Shown: one piece after another, positions 28,424-41,300 of the stretch | Layout of the letters: each line of letters opens with the position of its first letter | Numbering within the stretch: position 1 is the stretch's first letter | Assembly (NCBI RefSeq): GCF_964355755.1 | Contig: NC_092680.1 | Span: forward strand, 10,230,001 to 10,294,000 | Length of the DNA stretch: 64,000 bases | DNA from: Antedon mediterranea | Lineage: Eukaryota; Animalia; Echinodermata | Reading direction: 5' to 3' | The notes under the pieces: model-generated | What the model was told of the DNA's origin: nothing | Seen by the model: the letters and a program-made list of their open reading frames with translations, nothing else | Database searches by the model: none | Made by a program: the position numbers and the translations under genes

Positions 28424-29889
28424 ATATTATTATATTATATCATAGAGATTTTCAAAAACATAGTTTGGTAACATTTAGTTTCTGTTTCAGACCTTTAATA
28501 TTTGGAAATAACCTATAATAATTATAAAACATTCTTGTTTTCAATGCCATTATGCGGTTAAAAACAAGTACAGCAGTATGCATATGTAGATACAGTACAC
28601 CTATATATTGTGAGAACATAATTTCAATAATTTCTTTGTTAGTTATCAACCTAGGGGTTAAATTATTAGGAAAACATTGGTTTATTTTTTATATGTGTAC
28701 AGAAATTCGTTCTTCTAGCCTCAGATCATTCCTGAAGTTAGACATAAATCACATAAATTAGTATTAAGTAATGGATATTAGATGAAGTACAGTACAAATA
28801 CATGTTTCAGGAGGATACTTTACTGTATGTTAAAGGTGATAATTAGTTTAAATGTTACCCCAATGAAATTTATTCAATTACCAGGTTGAAGTAGTCTGGT
28901 GGAAACACTACTATATGTACTCATGTAGAACACAGTCAGTTCTACCAAGGTTAGAGGTGGGTGCCAACATTTGAGATAAGTGGAAACATGACCTTTTCAA
29001 TAGTAAATTCATTACCAGCATTATAAATAAAATGTTAAAAAGATGAGAATGCAAGTAAATATTAGATTCATAGTCCTCATTATGCACAATGGTTTTCTAC
29101 TATCACATTATTAACATATAAAACAATCATAGAGCCTTTAATGAATTTACATGGAGGTCTATCCAAATAAATCTAAATAAAAGGGTCATAATATGTCTTT
29201 GTCTCCAGTTCGTAGAAAATGAAAAAAAAATATTCAAAATATCCTGCCAGTTTGCGTTCAGTACAACCTGCTTAGTTTTTAATACGAGTACTGCTTTCTA
29301 TACACATAACTTTGATTTCTGCAAAAAAAAAATCTCTGTAATAATGTACTTTTTAATTACTGTAATAATCTAGGCATAGATTATGTTGACCAGGCCAGTG
29401 AGAGGACGATCGACTGTACAGTACTACCATAAAGTCCTCTAGGTAGATACAACTTATTTCTTGTCTACAAAGTGTACAGTAGTATGCTAATAGTACTATT
29501 ACTCCAACTACCTAATCTAATAATTATTATTAGATTAGGTAGTTGGAGTAGTTTGGAGAGATACATCTATTTATAAGAGAGTACTTTATATTTATAGATA
29601 TAATACCAATAGGTACCATGTATTGGGATGCAATTCAACAGTTATGAAGAAATAAAACTCTGTATGCTTTTTTCTGGCTTTGAAATATAAAATTGTTAAA
29701 TGAAAAAGAAAATTTAGGGTGATCATCCCAGTATTTACAGTCTAAATTTGATCTTTATGCAACAATAGGCATAAACGATTTCTTAATTAACAGGTATAAA
29801 AGCAAATTAAAAGCCCTACGTACTCTGTATGTTGGAGGAAATAAGCATAAGTGCAAATAAATCCTTGACCACAGGATGTAATTCACTAG

Positions 29890-30715
29890 AGCCCCTTTCT
29901 CACAGAGTTGTGTGCCAGGAATATTGCGGGAATATACCATTACCATGCCGGTATGGTTTTCTGTGAGAACGGGTCGTCTTGGCATCATGCCGGCACCATG
30001 CCGGCATCGACATGACCTGCTTTAGACCTAGTAATATTCTAGGGATATTCCCCGCAATGCCAGACGGGCATTCTGTGAGAACGTATTGCCGTTATATTCC
30101 GGGGTTCCCCGTCGAGGCTTTGACACCTTGCGCAGTCAAGTGTATCACTTTGGCGCCTATTCAACAATAATAATGTGGAACTGGAGGGATAATGAGATAA
30201 GAGAGCTGCTTAAAATAAGGGGACAAGAAGAAATTTGTAGCATAATCTATATAGGCCGCTAGGCTAGGCCATTATTAATATTAGCTCTTTGTTTGTTGGT
30301 GCCTGACCTTTCGTCGCCTTGTAAATTGTAGGCCTACAGCCTTCTAAGGTGTTTTACAGATTGCCGATGACGGCAAATTAATTGCTATACCTGTATAATA
30401 TATGCACAATATACTGTACATAGCATGTATTGCATAAATATGCTATAAAGGAAGATAATAATCTGTAACTTAACATTCGCCGCCATATCATCGCTAGACA
30501 AAAATAATAACAATAAAGGACGCCCTCAATAATTATTTTGTCAGAGACTTTTTATTGGCCGAATATGCCCGACTCCTTTCTCACAGAAAGCCGGTATATA
30601 CCGGTTATATTTCCGGCACGATAGTCCGATGAGAATGGGTATATGCCGGTAACGATACCGGCACGACGCCAGCACTGTACCGGTATATTGCAGGCACATC
30701 TGTGAGAAAGGGGCT
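29890..30715 (+). mobile_element. PIF/Harbinger non-autonomous element
   Basis: TIR AGCCCCTTTCTCACAGA, 3-bp TSD TAG; internal remnant MWNWRDNEIRELLKIRGQEEI (30174) resembles the Harbinger Myb/SANT ORF. Confidence 0.8.
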
Positions 30716-32019
30716 TAGTTGGAATCAGTAGTACACGACTGTGTTGGACCATAATGTGGTCCAAGTTGACGGGCCAGGAATGATGGTAGTGCCCAGTATA
30801 CAATGTAGTTTAGCCTCAAGGCAATACCATGTAGCTGGATTAGCTTGGAGAAATACACTAGAGATTTCATGAGATTTGGTGTGTGATGATTCAGTTTGAT
30901 AATTAGCTGTGAAAAAAAAGTTGTTGAATTTTGAAGAAAATATTGTAAAATATAACAAGGAAGTTATACTATAGTATAATTAAGGGGTAACCGTAAAATA
31001 TATTATAATAATAAATTAAAATGCAATGGGAATTACTATTACTACTAATATTATGTATACAATACAATATTACAGTTAAATTCATAGGTCGATATTATTT
31101 TATTATTAAATCTGTTTTAGAATGAGAAAAAACCGTCCCAACCTAGATTTGAACCCAGCTATCAATAAAGCTATTGGTACGAGTTGACCAATTATTTGGG
31201 TACGAGTTAGCCAAGTTTGGTAAGAGTTGACATGGGTACGTTACGGAATACGGATAAAGGTCAACCCGTACCCCCATGCCGACTCGTTCCCATCCCATGG
31301 TAGAATACTACTTACATGTTAGTTTAGCCTAGCTGGGCTAACCTACCTCACCTCTCACATGCCCTCCTGAAAAAACGCGACCGAAATTACTGGAACCCTA
31401 CCCTAGCCTACTAGACCTAGATAGTAGTGATCCGTAGTACCATGGAACTATAATAAATGGTAGACGTACTAGTACTGTGTAGTATATGTTAACATGTCTG
31501 GCTCTACGAGGCCTTTTTATGCTCATAGGATGGCTTTTTTGGGCGTTCCAATGTAGGCCTATGCCTATAGCTAGGACAGATTTCCCATTCCTGCAGGCCT
31601 GTAGCCTATGCTCTAGTAGGGCGGCCGGGTGTACTCTGGTCGATTCACCCCTGGTCGACTCGTACCCATGCCAACTCGTACTTAACTTCCTACCCTAAAC
31701 TCGTATCCAACCAAATAATTGGTTGATTTCCCGCTAGACTAGTAGGCCTAGCCTACCTACAATATTCATTATGCCCTGCTAAAAAGGTAGATGAGCTACT
31801 AGACTAATTACGTAATTCGTATAATAATAACAATAATTGACTAGAAGGCCTAAAAGCGGCGGAAAACACCTATCCATTCTTGCATGGCAGTACGAAAACC
31901 TGCCTATGGTTGTACATCATTGTAAATTGTCAACACACACTGGGGTGTGTACTGTGTAGAAAGCGACGACCTCGAATTGGACGACCCCAACGACCCTGGC
32001 GACCTCGAATTGGACGACC

Positions 32020-32930
32020 TGTCACGATAAATATGGTCCGGGGCCAAAATCGGTCCGGCCGGACCAGTTTTGGCTCTAAAATTGTGGCCAAAAGCAGTCC
32101 GCCACTGCCAAAATCGGTCCGGGCTTTTCTTCTGTCGATTTTAATTAAATTACTAGGCCTATGATGCTGTTTTAAGTTGTTTATGGCTAGAAAAATATCC
32201 CATGATATATATTAGTATGTTATCTTGTCGGATAAATACTATAAATAAATGTATTTTATCTAAAAACATGACTTAGGTGTTCACTCATATTTCGGCCTGC
32301 CACACACTCACATGAACGGGTATGAGACGCTGATATTGCCAGCTAGATTTTATTTATGATTGAGGCCTTTTTCATTCCTCAGCCTAATCAATAATTGGAT
32401 AATTGTTTTATAATAATTGTATTGAATTGATATATTGATTGATTAACCATAAATAATTAATAAATTAAATTGTTTTTAACATCATGGGGAAACGAAGATG
32501 TTAAAAAAGAACAAAATGGATTAAAAACAGGCAGAGATACATATTGTATACAAAAAGCCTAACAATTAGTACTAATTATTGATGAGTTACTACTAATAAT
32601 GATAATAAAAAAACAGGCTTAATTTATAATATTAAAATAACAAATAAAACCCCGTAGTTTTCAATTTAATGACTAATCATGGCCTTTTTTTAATGATATA
32701 TACATTATGACTCATTTTGCGCACCATATATTTGTAAGACCGGACCATATTTGGCGGCCAAACACAGTCCTACTGCCCGGACCGATTTTATCCAGGCCGG
32801 ACCAGTTTTGGCGGCCAAAATTGGTCCGGCCGGACAGGTTTTGGCAGCCATAATGGTCCCCCGGACTGATTTTGGCAGCCAAAACTGGTCCGCCGGACCG
32901 ATTTTGGCCCGGACTGATTTTGGTGTGACA
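32020..32930. mobile_element. Ginger-like non-autonomous DNA transposon
   Basis: TGTCAC...GTGACA ends, 4-bp TSD GACC, subterminal GGACCGATTTTGG-type arrays; absent from the mirror TIR near 43675. Confidence 0.7.
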
Positions 32931-35029
32931 GACCCATAACACGAAACCGACGACCCCTTTTGCCTAGCCTAGCCTAGACCTAAGTGTGGTATATAACATC
33001 CCGAAGGCGAACATAGCCAAAGATCTTTAAACCATACCTTATATGATACTCGCAAGCAAGCAATTGATTGAAAAAATACAGAAATATCGCCATTTGATAG
33101 GCCTACTGAATGTGTCGACACGAACAAACGAACAGATATGGAACTGCATTCGACATATTAAAAATAAATTTAAAAGAAATAAATATTATACATTACATGG
33201 TTAAACCATGGACGTATAATTGCATCTCCTCTTCTTATAACGAACACTATATGGCTACCAAGCAGCGTGTTGCGAACATGTGCATGTTCACCAAGTGAGT
33301 ATGGAAAGCCAAACCCGCCAAAAATACATAATACATACCATCCACCAATAATTAATTCGTACAAAATTCAAACCATCCAATATTATCTCATGCAGTTCAA
33401 TGAAAACTTAAACCATTCACCTAGTATCTACACCATCCAATACAATGTGTGACCATCTACCACTAGCCCAAACGACAGTACGCCGAACAAACTACCCATA
33501 ACACAAACCATCTAAAGAATGTTGAGCCCAGGCAGCAATAATTGAATTAATCTAACGTTAATACAAGTATATATTAGCCAACTCATTTATCAACATTTCA
33601 TGTAGTTCATGAACATTTCAAACAAAGCATCTTAATTTTAGTTCATCGAATTATAATTCTAATTCATTGCCTGTTTTATACACCGTTCGTCTGTTCAACA
33701 GTTGAAACAACTGTTTTGCACACGATACGCCCGTTCGTGAGTTCAAACCATGATATTTGAAGCATCGACTTTCCAAACAGCGATTTTTCGCACCGAACGT
33801 ATAGTCCAGTAAAATATCACCTTCACCATTGCATAACGTTAGTAGTCAACGAGATTCTCACCGTAGGTTCTAAACATTATGGTAAAGATCATTTATTGAT
33901 GTTGCGTCGCGTAAAAGTTGGGATTTGTAGAGAAAATGAAGTTTTTATACGCAGTTTTTGCTTCCTTTCGTCGTGGTTTGTTTTCATCGAAAAATGACGT
34001 CATGGGGCATAAGTGAATGACACGCCATTGTCGACATTTGCGTTCGTATTAAAAAGTGAATTTTAAATGTACGAATATGGTATTAATTATCTGTATTACA
34101 TTGTATTATTATGTATCACATATATAACAAGTCATTTTGATAAAAAATAAGTGAAATAAATATGAAAAACAAAGGAAAATTGTGATTTTTGCATATCATC
34201 TGAAGTGACCTTCCATACAATGTGATAGCGCCCTCTATAAGTATTGATACACTCGCACTTCAAACTGCAAGCTTTTTGTTGTTTATTCATTCATTCAGAA
34301 ATACAATTTAAGGAAGGAATCGAATCAAGGGCATTATTACTTGGTTTATTATATATTTATGATGTTTTCCCCAAAAATAATTACTAGTATGTACATTTTG
34401 CGAATTGTAGATGTACCGGCGGTATGAAATTAAAAAAAGCTGTTTACGCGGTCTGTAGCCTAACGATATAATAATAATTATATGTATAAAATAATTGTTA
34501 CTTTTTTTCTGATAAATCAGTATGAATATGTTTACTTAGCGCTGCTTTAAGCACCCTATTAAAAAAGAAAAGAAACAAATTAATTTAAGCCTATTTTTTG
34601 TCACGTTTTCGGTAATTAATTGTCTTCTTCGCTCTCACTATCTGATTCGTCACTGTTCTCATCATCCGAGTTAAAGGAGTCGTTCTCAGCAATCGCTCGT
34701 TCAATTCTGTTGGAAGAATCTCGCTTTCACACCATAAAGGCCCCAGCAAATCGTTATCGCCAACGCATCATCCGTTATTGTCTTGGGGTTTCGGCAACTC
34801 GTAAAATCGGTGTGTTAGTGCGAGCCTCCACAGATCCTGACTTGATAGTTCGATCATCGTGCGTTGTATATGTTGATGCAAGCATCTACGCGACGGTGGA
34901 AAGTTAGCTAATTTTTAAATCAATGTTTTTTTAACACTGATTATTCCGGTTTTTTTTTCTTGCATTTCCTGCGAAAAAAGTCAAATCTAAGTTCATCGGT
35001 AGGCCTACGCCTTGCTTTCGAACGGAATC

Positions 35030-35336
35030 CATAAAATAACAGGCACGTGAACTATTCCAGTTCCAACATTAACTCTTCTTCTCCTTTCCAACTTTCTCCT
35101 ACTTTCTTGAAAACCTCTTCAAATTTTGGATATTTTTCGACAAGTTTAATGGCCTTTAATTTTCCTTTTCCCTTGAAAGCGCTGGTCGTGCTGCACTTTG
35201 TGAACGCATGCAGCCCTAGAATGGCATTACATCGACTTGGGGTGATTTCAGTGGCTAAACTGCTGGTGAGATTGGTTATTTGTCAATTCCTGCCACTGCC
35301 TGTATCGAATAGGACTTTTGCAATAATGGACGAAAC
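35030..35336 (-). pseudogene. Academ-type (XPG-like domain) transposase remnant
   Basis: Manual translation: LFDTGSGRN*...CNAILGLHAFTKCSTTSAFKGKGKLKAIKL...LE*FTCLLFYG, matching the LHAFTGCDTTSAF.GKGK motif. Confidence 0.7.
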
Positions 35337-36531
35337 AAAATGTAACAATATAAAAAAAAAACATCGCTGTCTTATATGGATCCCAATCGAAATCAAGGAG
35401 TACCGATGAACTTAGATTTTACTTTCTTCGCAGGAAATGCAAGGAAAAAGACGGATAATCAGTGTTAAAAAACATTGATTTAACTAACTTTCCACCGTCG
35501 CGTAGTGCTTGCATCAACATATACGACGCACGGTCGAACTATCAAGTCATGATCTGGAAGCTCGCACTAACGCCGATTTAAGAGTTGCCGAAATCTCAAG
35601 ACAATAACGGATGGTGCGTTGGCGATAACGATTTGCTGGGGCCTCTTCCAACAGAATCGGATGATGAGAACAGTGACGAATCAGATAGTGAGAGCGAAGA
35701 AGACGATTAATTACCGAAAACGTGACAAAAAGTAAGCTTAAATCAATTTGTTTCTTTTTTTTAAATATGGTGCTTAAAGCAGCGCTAAGTAAACATTATT
35801 ATTCATACTGATTTATCAGAAAAAAGTAACAATTATTTTATACATATAATTATTATTATATCGTTAGGCTACAGACCGCGTAAACAGCTTTTTTTAATTT
35901 CATACCGCCGGTACAAACATCTACAATTCGCAAAATGAACATACTAGTAATTATTTTTGGGGAAAACATCATAAATATATAGTAAACCAAGTAATAATGC
36001 CCTTGATTCGATTCCTTCCTTAAATTGTATTTCTGAATGAATGAATTTATAACAACAAAAAGCTTGCAGTTTGAAGTGCGAGTGTATCAATACTTATAGA
36101 GGGCGCTATCACATTGTATGGAAGGTCACTTCAGATGACATGCAAACATCACAATTTTATTTTGTTTTTCATATTTATTTGACTTATTTTTTATCAAAAT
36201 GACTTGTTATATATGCGATACATAATAATACAATGTAATACAGATAATTAATACCATATTCGTACATTTAAAATTCACTTTTTAATACGAACGCAAATGT
36301 CGACAATGGCGTGTCATTCACTTATGCCCCATGACGTCATTTTTCGATGAAAACAAACCACGACGAAAGGAAGCAAAAACTGCGTATAAAAACTTCATTT
36401 TCTCCACAAATCCCAACTTTTACGCGACGCAACATCAATAAATGATCTTTACATACTGTTTAGAACGTACGGTGAGAATCTCGTTGACTACTAACGTTAT
36501 GCAATGGTGAAGGTGATATTTTACTGGACTA

Positions 36532-37761
36532 GTATTTTCTTGAGTTAAAGTGGTTGCATTTCAATCACCTACTTTCGATTGGCCAGTATTACACACCGTT
36601 CGCTTGTTCGTGATTTCATGTGATAACATTTCATTCGACAACTTTTCAAACGTTAGTTTTTGGCTCTGCTTACGTATATGTCAGTTGATATACTATTTTT
36701 TTATTTTCATACTTTCCATAGTCAGTTTTGTACATCATTCGCATTTACGCATGTAAAGTGTAGATATTCCACTCGACAAGTTTTAAACGGTAGTTGTTCG
36801 CACATTTATTGTTTTATTGTTAAATTGTAACTGTTGGCGCCGATTTAATATTGAGGGGCGGGGGTGAATGTCAACTTTACGACTGTATGACACTTACTTA
36901 GGCCTAGGCTATACACATGTTTTTATTTAATCCATGATAAATATTCGTAAAATATGTTTATTCGGATATTTATTAATTACGTCTCCACTATAGTCTATAA
37001 AACATAATGAATGTCATTATTTCAAAAAAATAGGCCTACCCCGTAAACAAATGGAAGCTTCTCAACAACAGTTAATTTATGCATCATATAGAGAGCACAG
37101 AGCAGAAAATGGCTCTAGGCCGGCCTCATCTAGCAGCCGCCGCACAGGGGGAGAGAGAAGCACGACACCAGCTCTCTCTCTCCCCTGTCTCTCCCCCACA
37201 GGCGGGTGAGGTGGGTGTTACCCCGGGCCTAGTTGTGGGGCGTAAAATTGTAACAGGCCCACAAGCTAAATTATATTATTTCATTCTGTTTTTTTTTTCA
37301 TTATTTAAGTTTGTGATAATGTGTGTAACCAGGGAGATGTAAAATAAATTTATAAATTAGTTTACATCTCCCTGTGTGTGTAACGTAGGCCTAAGTAAGT
37401 GTCATACAGTCGTAAAGTTGACATTCACCCCCCGCCCCTCAATATTAAATCGGCGCCAACAGTTACAATTTAACAATAAAACAATAAATGTGCGAACAAC
37501 TACCGTTTAAAACTTGTCGAGTGGAATATCTACACTTTACATGCGTAAATGCGAATGATGTACAAAACTGACTATGGAAAGTATGAAAATAAAAAAATAG
37601 TATATCAACTGACATATACGTAAGCAGAGTCAAAAACTAACGTTTGAAAAGTTGTCGAATGAAATGTTATCACATGAAATCACGAACAAGCGAACGGTGT
37701 GTAATACTGGCCAATCGAAAGTAGGTGATTGAAATGCAACCACTTTAACTCAAGAAAATAC
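36532..37761. mobile_element. Fold-back MITE with ~375-bp TIRs (possibly Kolobok-like core 36549-37744 between TTAA sites)
   Basis: 36532-36908 is the near-perfect reverse complement of 37386-37761; absent from the mirror position (33800). Exact ends ambiguous. Confidence 0.75.
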
Positions 37762-38316
37762 GTTCGGTGCGAAAAATCGCTGTTTGGAAAGTCGATGCTT
37801 CAAATATCATGGTTTGAACTCACGAACGGGCGTATCGTGTGCAAAACAGTTGTTTCAACTGTTGAACAGACGAACGGTGTATAAAACAGGCAATGAATTA
37901 GAATTATAATTCGATGAACTAAAATTAAGATGCTTTGTTTGAAATGTTCATGAACTACATGAAATGTTGATAAATGAGTTGGCTAATATATACTTGTATT
38001 AACGTTAGATTAATTCAATTATTGCTGCCTGGGCTCAACATTCTTTAGATGGTTTGTGTTATGGGTAGTTTGTTCGGCGTATTGTCGTTTGGGCTAGTGG
38101 TAGATGGTCACACATTGTATTGGATGGTGTAGATACTAGGTGAATGGTTTAAGTTTTCATTGAACTGCATGAGATAATATTGGATGGTTTGAATTTTGTA
38201 CGAATTAATTATTGGTGGATGGTATGTATTATGTATTTTTGGCGGGTTTGGCTTTCCATAAGTGAGTGAGTGGCCGAGCGGTTAAGACAGTGGAACCGTA
38301 ATCACGTAGCCATAAC

Positions 38317-41300
38317 TGTAGTGTCTGGATTGGGAGACTAAGGGAAAGCAAGGCATTATGGGTTAAGGTAGATCGATATACTATAACCACATGGTTAGTA
38401 ATCTGTATGTACACAATGAAAGATGCAATAAAGACACATAAGATATAACATTGGCGACGAGTTAAGGAGAATATCGAACCACAAGTGATTAGAAGTTTCA
38501 ATACTGTAATTTTTGGCGATATATTTGTTTTAATACTGTTGTAACGATGACCGCTGTAAACGTTGAAATCACCGGAATCGCTGCGTATGATCCACACGAT
38601 GTGCACGCTTCGGCTGAACGGTGGAAGAAATGGCTTCGCAGTTTTGAATTATATGCTACTGGTAAAGGAGTAGTAAACAAAAACCAAAAGAAAGCTTTGT
38701 TATTGCATTGCGCCGGAATGGCTGTACAGGACATATATGACTGTTTAACAGAGGAGAACGGAACAGATGAGTATGATGTTGTTGTAAACACATTAAATAA
38801 ACAATTTGCTATGAAAACCAACGTACCGTATGAGCGTTATTGTTTTAGAAAACTGACGCAAGGTGATGACGAAACAATTCACCAATTTATAAACAGATTG
38901 AGGCAGCAGGCTGCAAAATGTGAATTTGATGATGCGAATGTTGATGAGTTAATTAGAGACCATGTTATTGAAAAATGCAAATCAAATAGACTGAGACTAA
39001 AATTGCTAGAAAAAGGAAATACTTTGAAATTAACCAATTTAAAAGCAATAGCTAGCACATTTGAAATGAGTGAGAAGCAAGCAAAGGAGATGTCACAAGA
39101 AGTTAATGGAGTGGAAACAACAAACATGAATGCAGTGAGGAATGAGAGATGGTCAAGATCAAGCACGACGAGCAGAAACAGGTACCAAGCTGGAAATTCA
39201 AGTGGTAGGCCTAACAGAACAAGTAAGTCAAAGTTCAATGATAGACAAGATAACCGGAAATGCTTTCGCTGTGGAAGAGAAGGACATTTGGCTAAGGATA
39301 AATGTTGTCCTGCAAGAGACAAGAAATGTAATAAATGTAAAATTTTGGGACATTTTGCTATTTGTTGCAAAACTAAATTAGGTAAAGACAAAAAGAGTAG
39401 TGGTATTAGTAATGTTCAAAATGGAAGTGAAGACGATGACTATGCTTTTGGTATACAAAATAATAATTCTAAAACTACAAAGATAAATGTTTGTATGGAT
39501 GTACATAAGGTAGAAATGATTGTTGATAGTGGTGCTACAGTTAATATCATAGATCAGTATTTATGGCAACAGTTAAAATCCAAGAAAATTAAATGCAAAT
39601 CTGAGTTGACAAACAGAAAGTTATATGCATATGGGTCAGAAAAACCATTAGAGTTGTTAGGAAAATTTACTACGAACATGTCAATTTTTCAAGGTACAGG
39701 TAATAATACTGAGCCTAAAATAACAGCAGATGTATATGTGTTAAAAGGGAAAGGCCCTGCTTTGTTGGGAGGTGATACTGCAATGAAGCTTGGAGTGTTA
39801 AATATTGTAATACCACAAGTGATAAATAGTGTACAAGATAAGTATACACAGGTATTTGAAGGTATTGGTAAATTAAAAGATTATAAGTTACATTTATTTA
39901 TTGATGAACAGGTAACACCAGTTGTTCAGAGCATGTATAGAATACCGTTTAGTCTCAAAGATAAAGTGAGTGATAAATTAGATGAGTTAGAATCTCTTGA
40001 CATAATTGAAAGGGTAGACGAACCAAGTGATTGGGTAAGTCCAGTCATAGTAGTGCCAAAACCAAATGGGGATATACGCCTCTGCGTAGATATGAGGCAG
40101 GCCAACCGAGCAGTTAAGAGGGAGAGGCATCCAATCCCAACAGTTGATGAAGTGTTGTATGAAATGAATCAAAGTACAGTGTTCTCTAAATTAGACATGA
40201 ATTACGGCTATCACCAAATTGAATTAGATGAGCAATCACGAAACATCACAACTTTCATAACTAACAAAGGTCTTTATCGGTACAAAAGGTTGATGTTCGG
40301 GATAAATGCTGCCCCTGAAAAGTACCAAAGAGTAATCAGTCAGACGCTGAGTGGATGCGAAGGTGTAGCTAACATATCAGATGACATTGTTGTACACGGG
40401 AGAACACAGACTGAACATGATGACAGACTTCGTGTAGTGCTTGAGAAATTTAAAGAAAAGAATTTGACCCTCAACAAGGATAAGTGTCAATTTTCTGTAT
40501 CACAGATAACATTCATGGGTCACATATTGTCAGCAAACGGAATCAAACCTACAATTGGGCGAGTCAGAGCATTGGCAGAATCAAAGAGACCAAAAACAGC
40601 TGCAGAAGTAAAAAGTTTCTTAGGTCTAGTTAACTTCTCAGCACGATACATTCCAAATTTAGCTACAGTTGCGGAACCCTTAAGACGACTAGTGCGAAAA
40701 GATTGTAATTTCTATTGGGGGTCTGAACAAGAAAATAGTTATGTAAAACTTACGAAATGCTTAACTAATGAAACATGTTTAGGCTATTTCAGATTAGATG
40801 CAGAAAGTACTCAGTTGGTGACAGATGCAAGCAATGTAGGCATTGGTGGAGTTTTAATTCAGAAAGACAATGGTGAAACCAGAGTTATAAGTTATGCAAG
40901 CCGAACATTATCAGCTACTGAAAAGAAATATTCAACAACGGAGAAAGAGGCATTGGCAGTGGTATGGGCTATGGAAAGGTTTCATGTTTACTTATATGGA
41001 CTACAGTTTGAATTGATAACTGACCATAAACCACTCGAAGGCCTGTATGGACCAAAGTCTAAACCAAATGCACGGATTGAAAGGTGGGTGATGAGACTTA
41101 TGTCCTATTCTTATACAGTAAAGTATGTACCTGGTAAGAATAACATTGCTGATATATTATCAAGGTTACCAATAGAAACTGATGGCAAACAGAATAATGA
41201 CAGTGATGACACAGAGATGTATATTCGATTGGTAGCATCAAATGCAACCCCATGTGCACTATCATCACGTGAAGTTGAAGAGGCATCAAAGGAAGATCCT

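Larger units (their letters stand above)
33301..38259. mobile_element. Fold-back derivative of an Academ-type transposon, ~1.7-kb arms
   Basis: 33301-35043 is mirrored by 35365-36531 + 37762-38259; flanked by direct repeat AAGTGAGT; central transposase remnant. Confidence 0.75.

Noticed and set aside
22325-31942. Large palindromes as assembly artefacts
   Set aside because: Arms differ by many substitutions and by arm-specific insertions with their own TSDs, which an artefactual mirror would not show.
32700-32930. Short regular repeats resembling a CRISPR array
   Set aside because: Subterminal motifs of a TIR element; no unique spacers, no cas genes, eukaryotic context.
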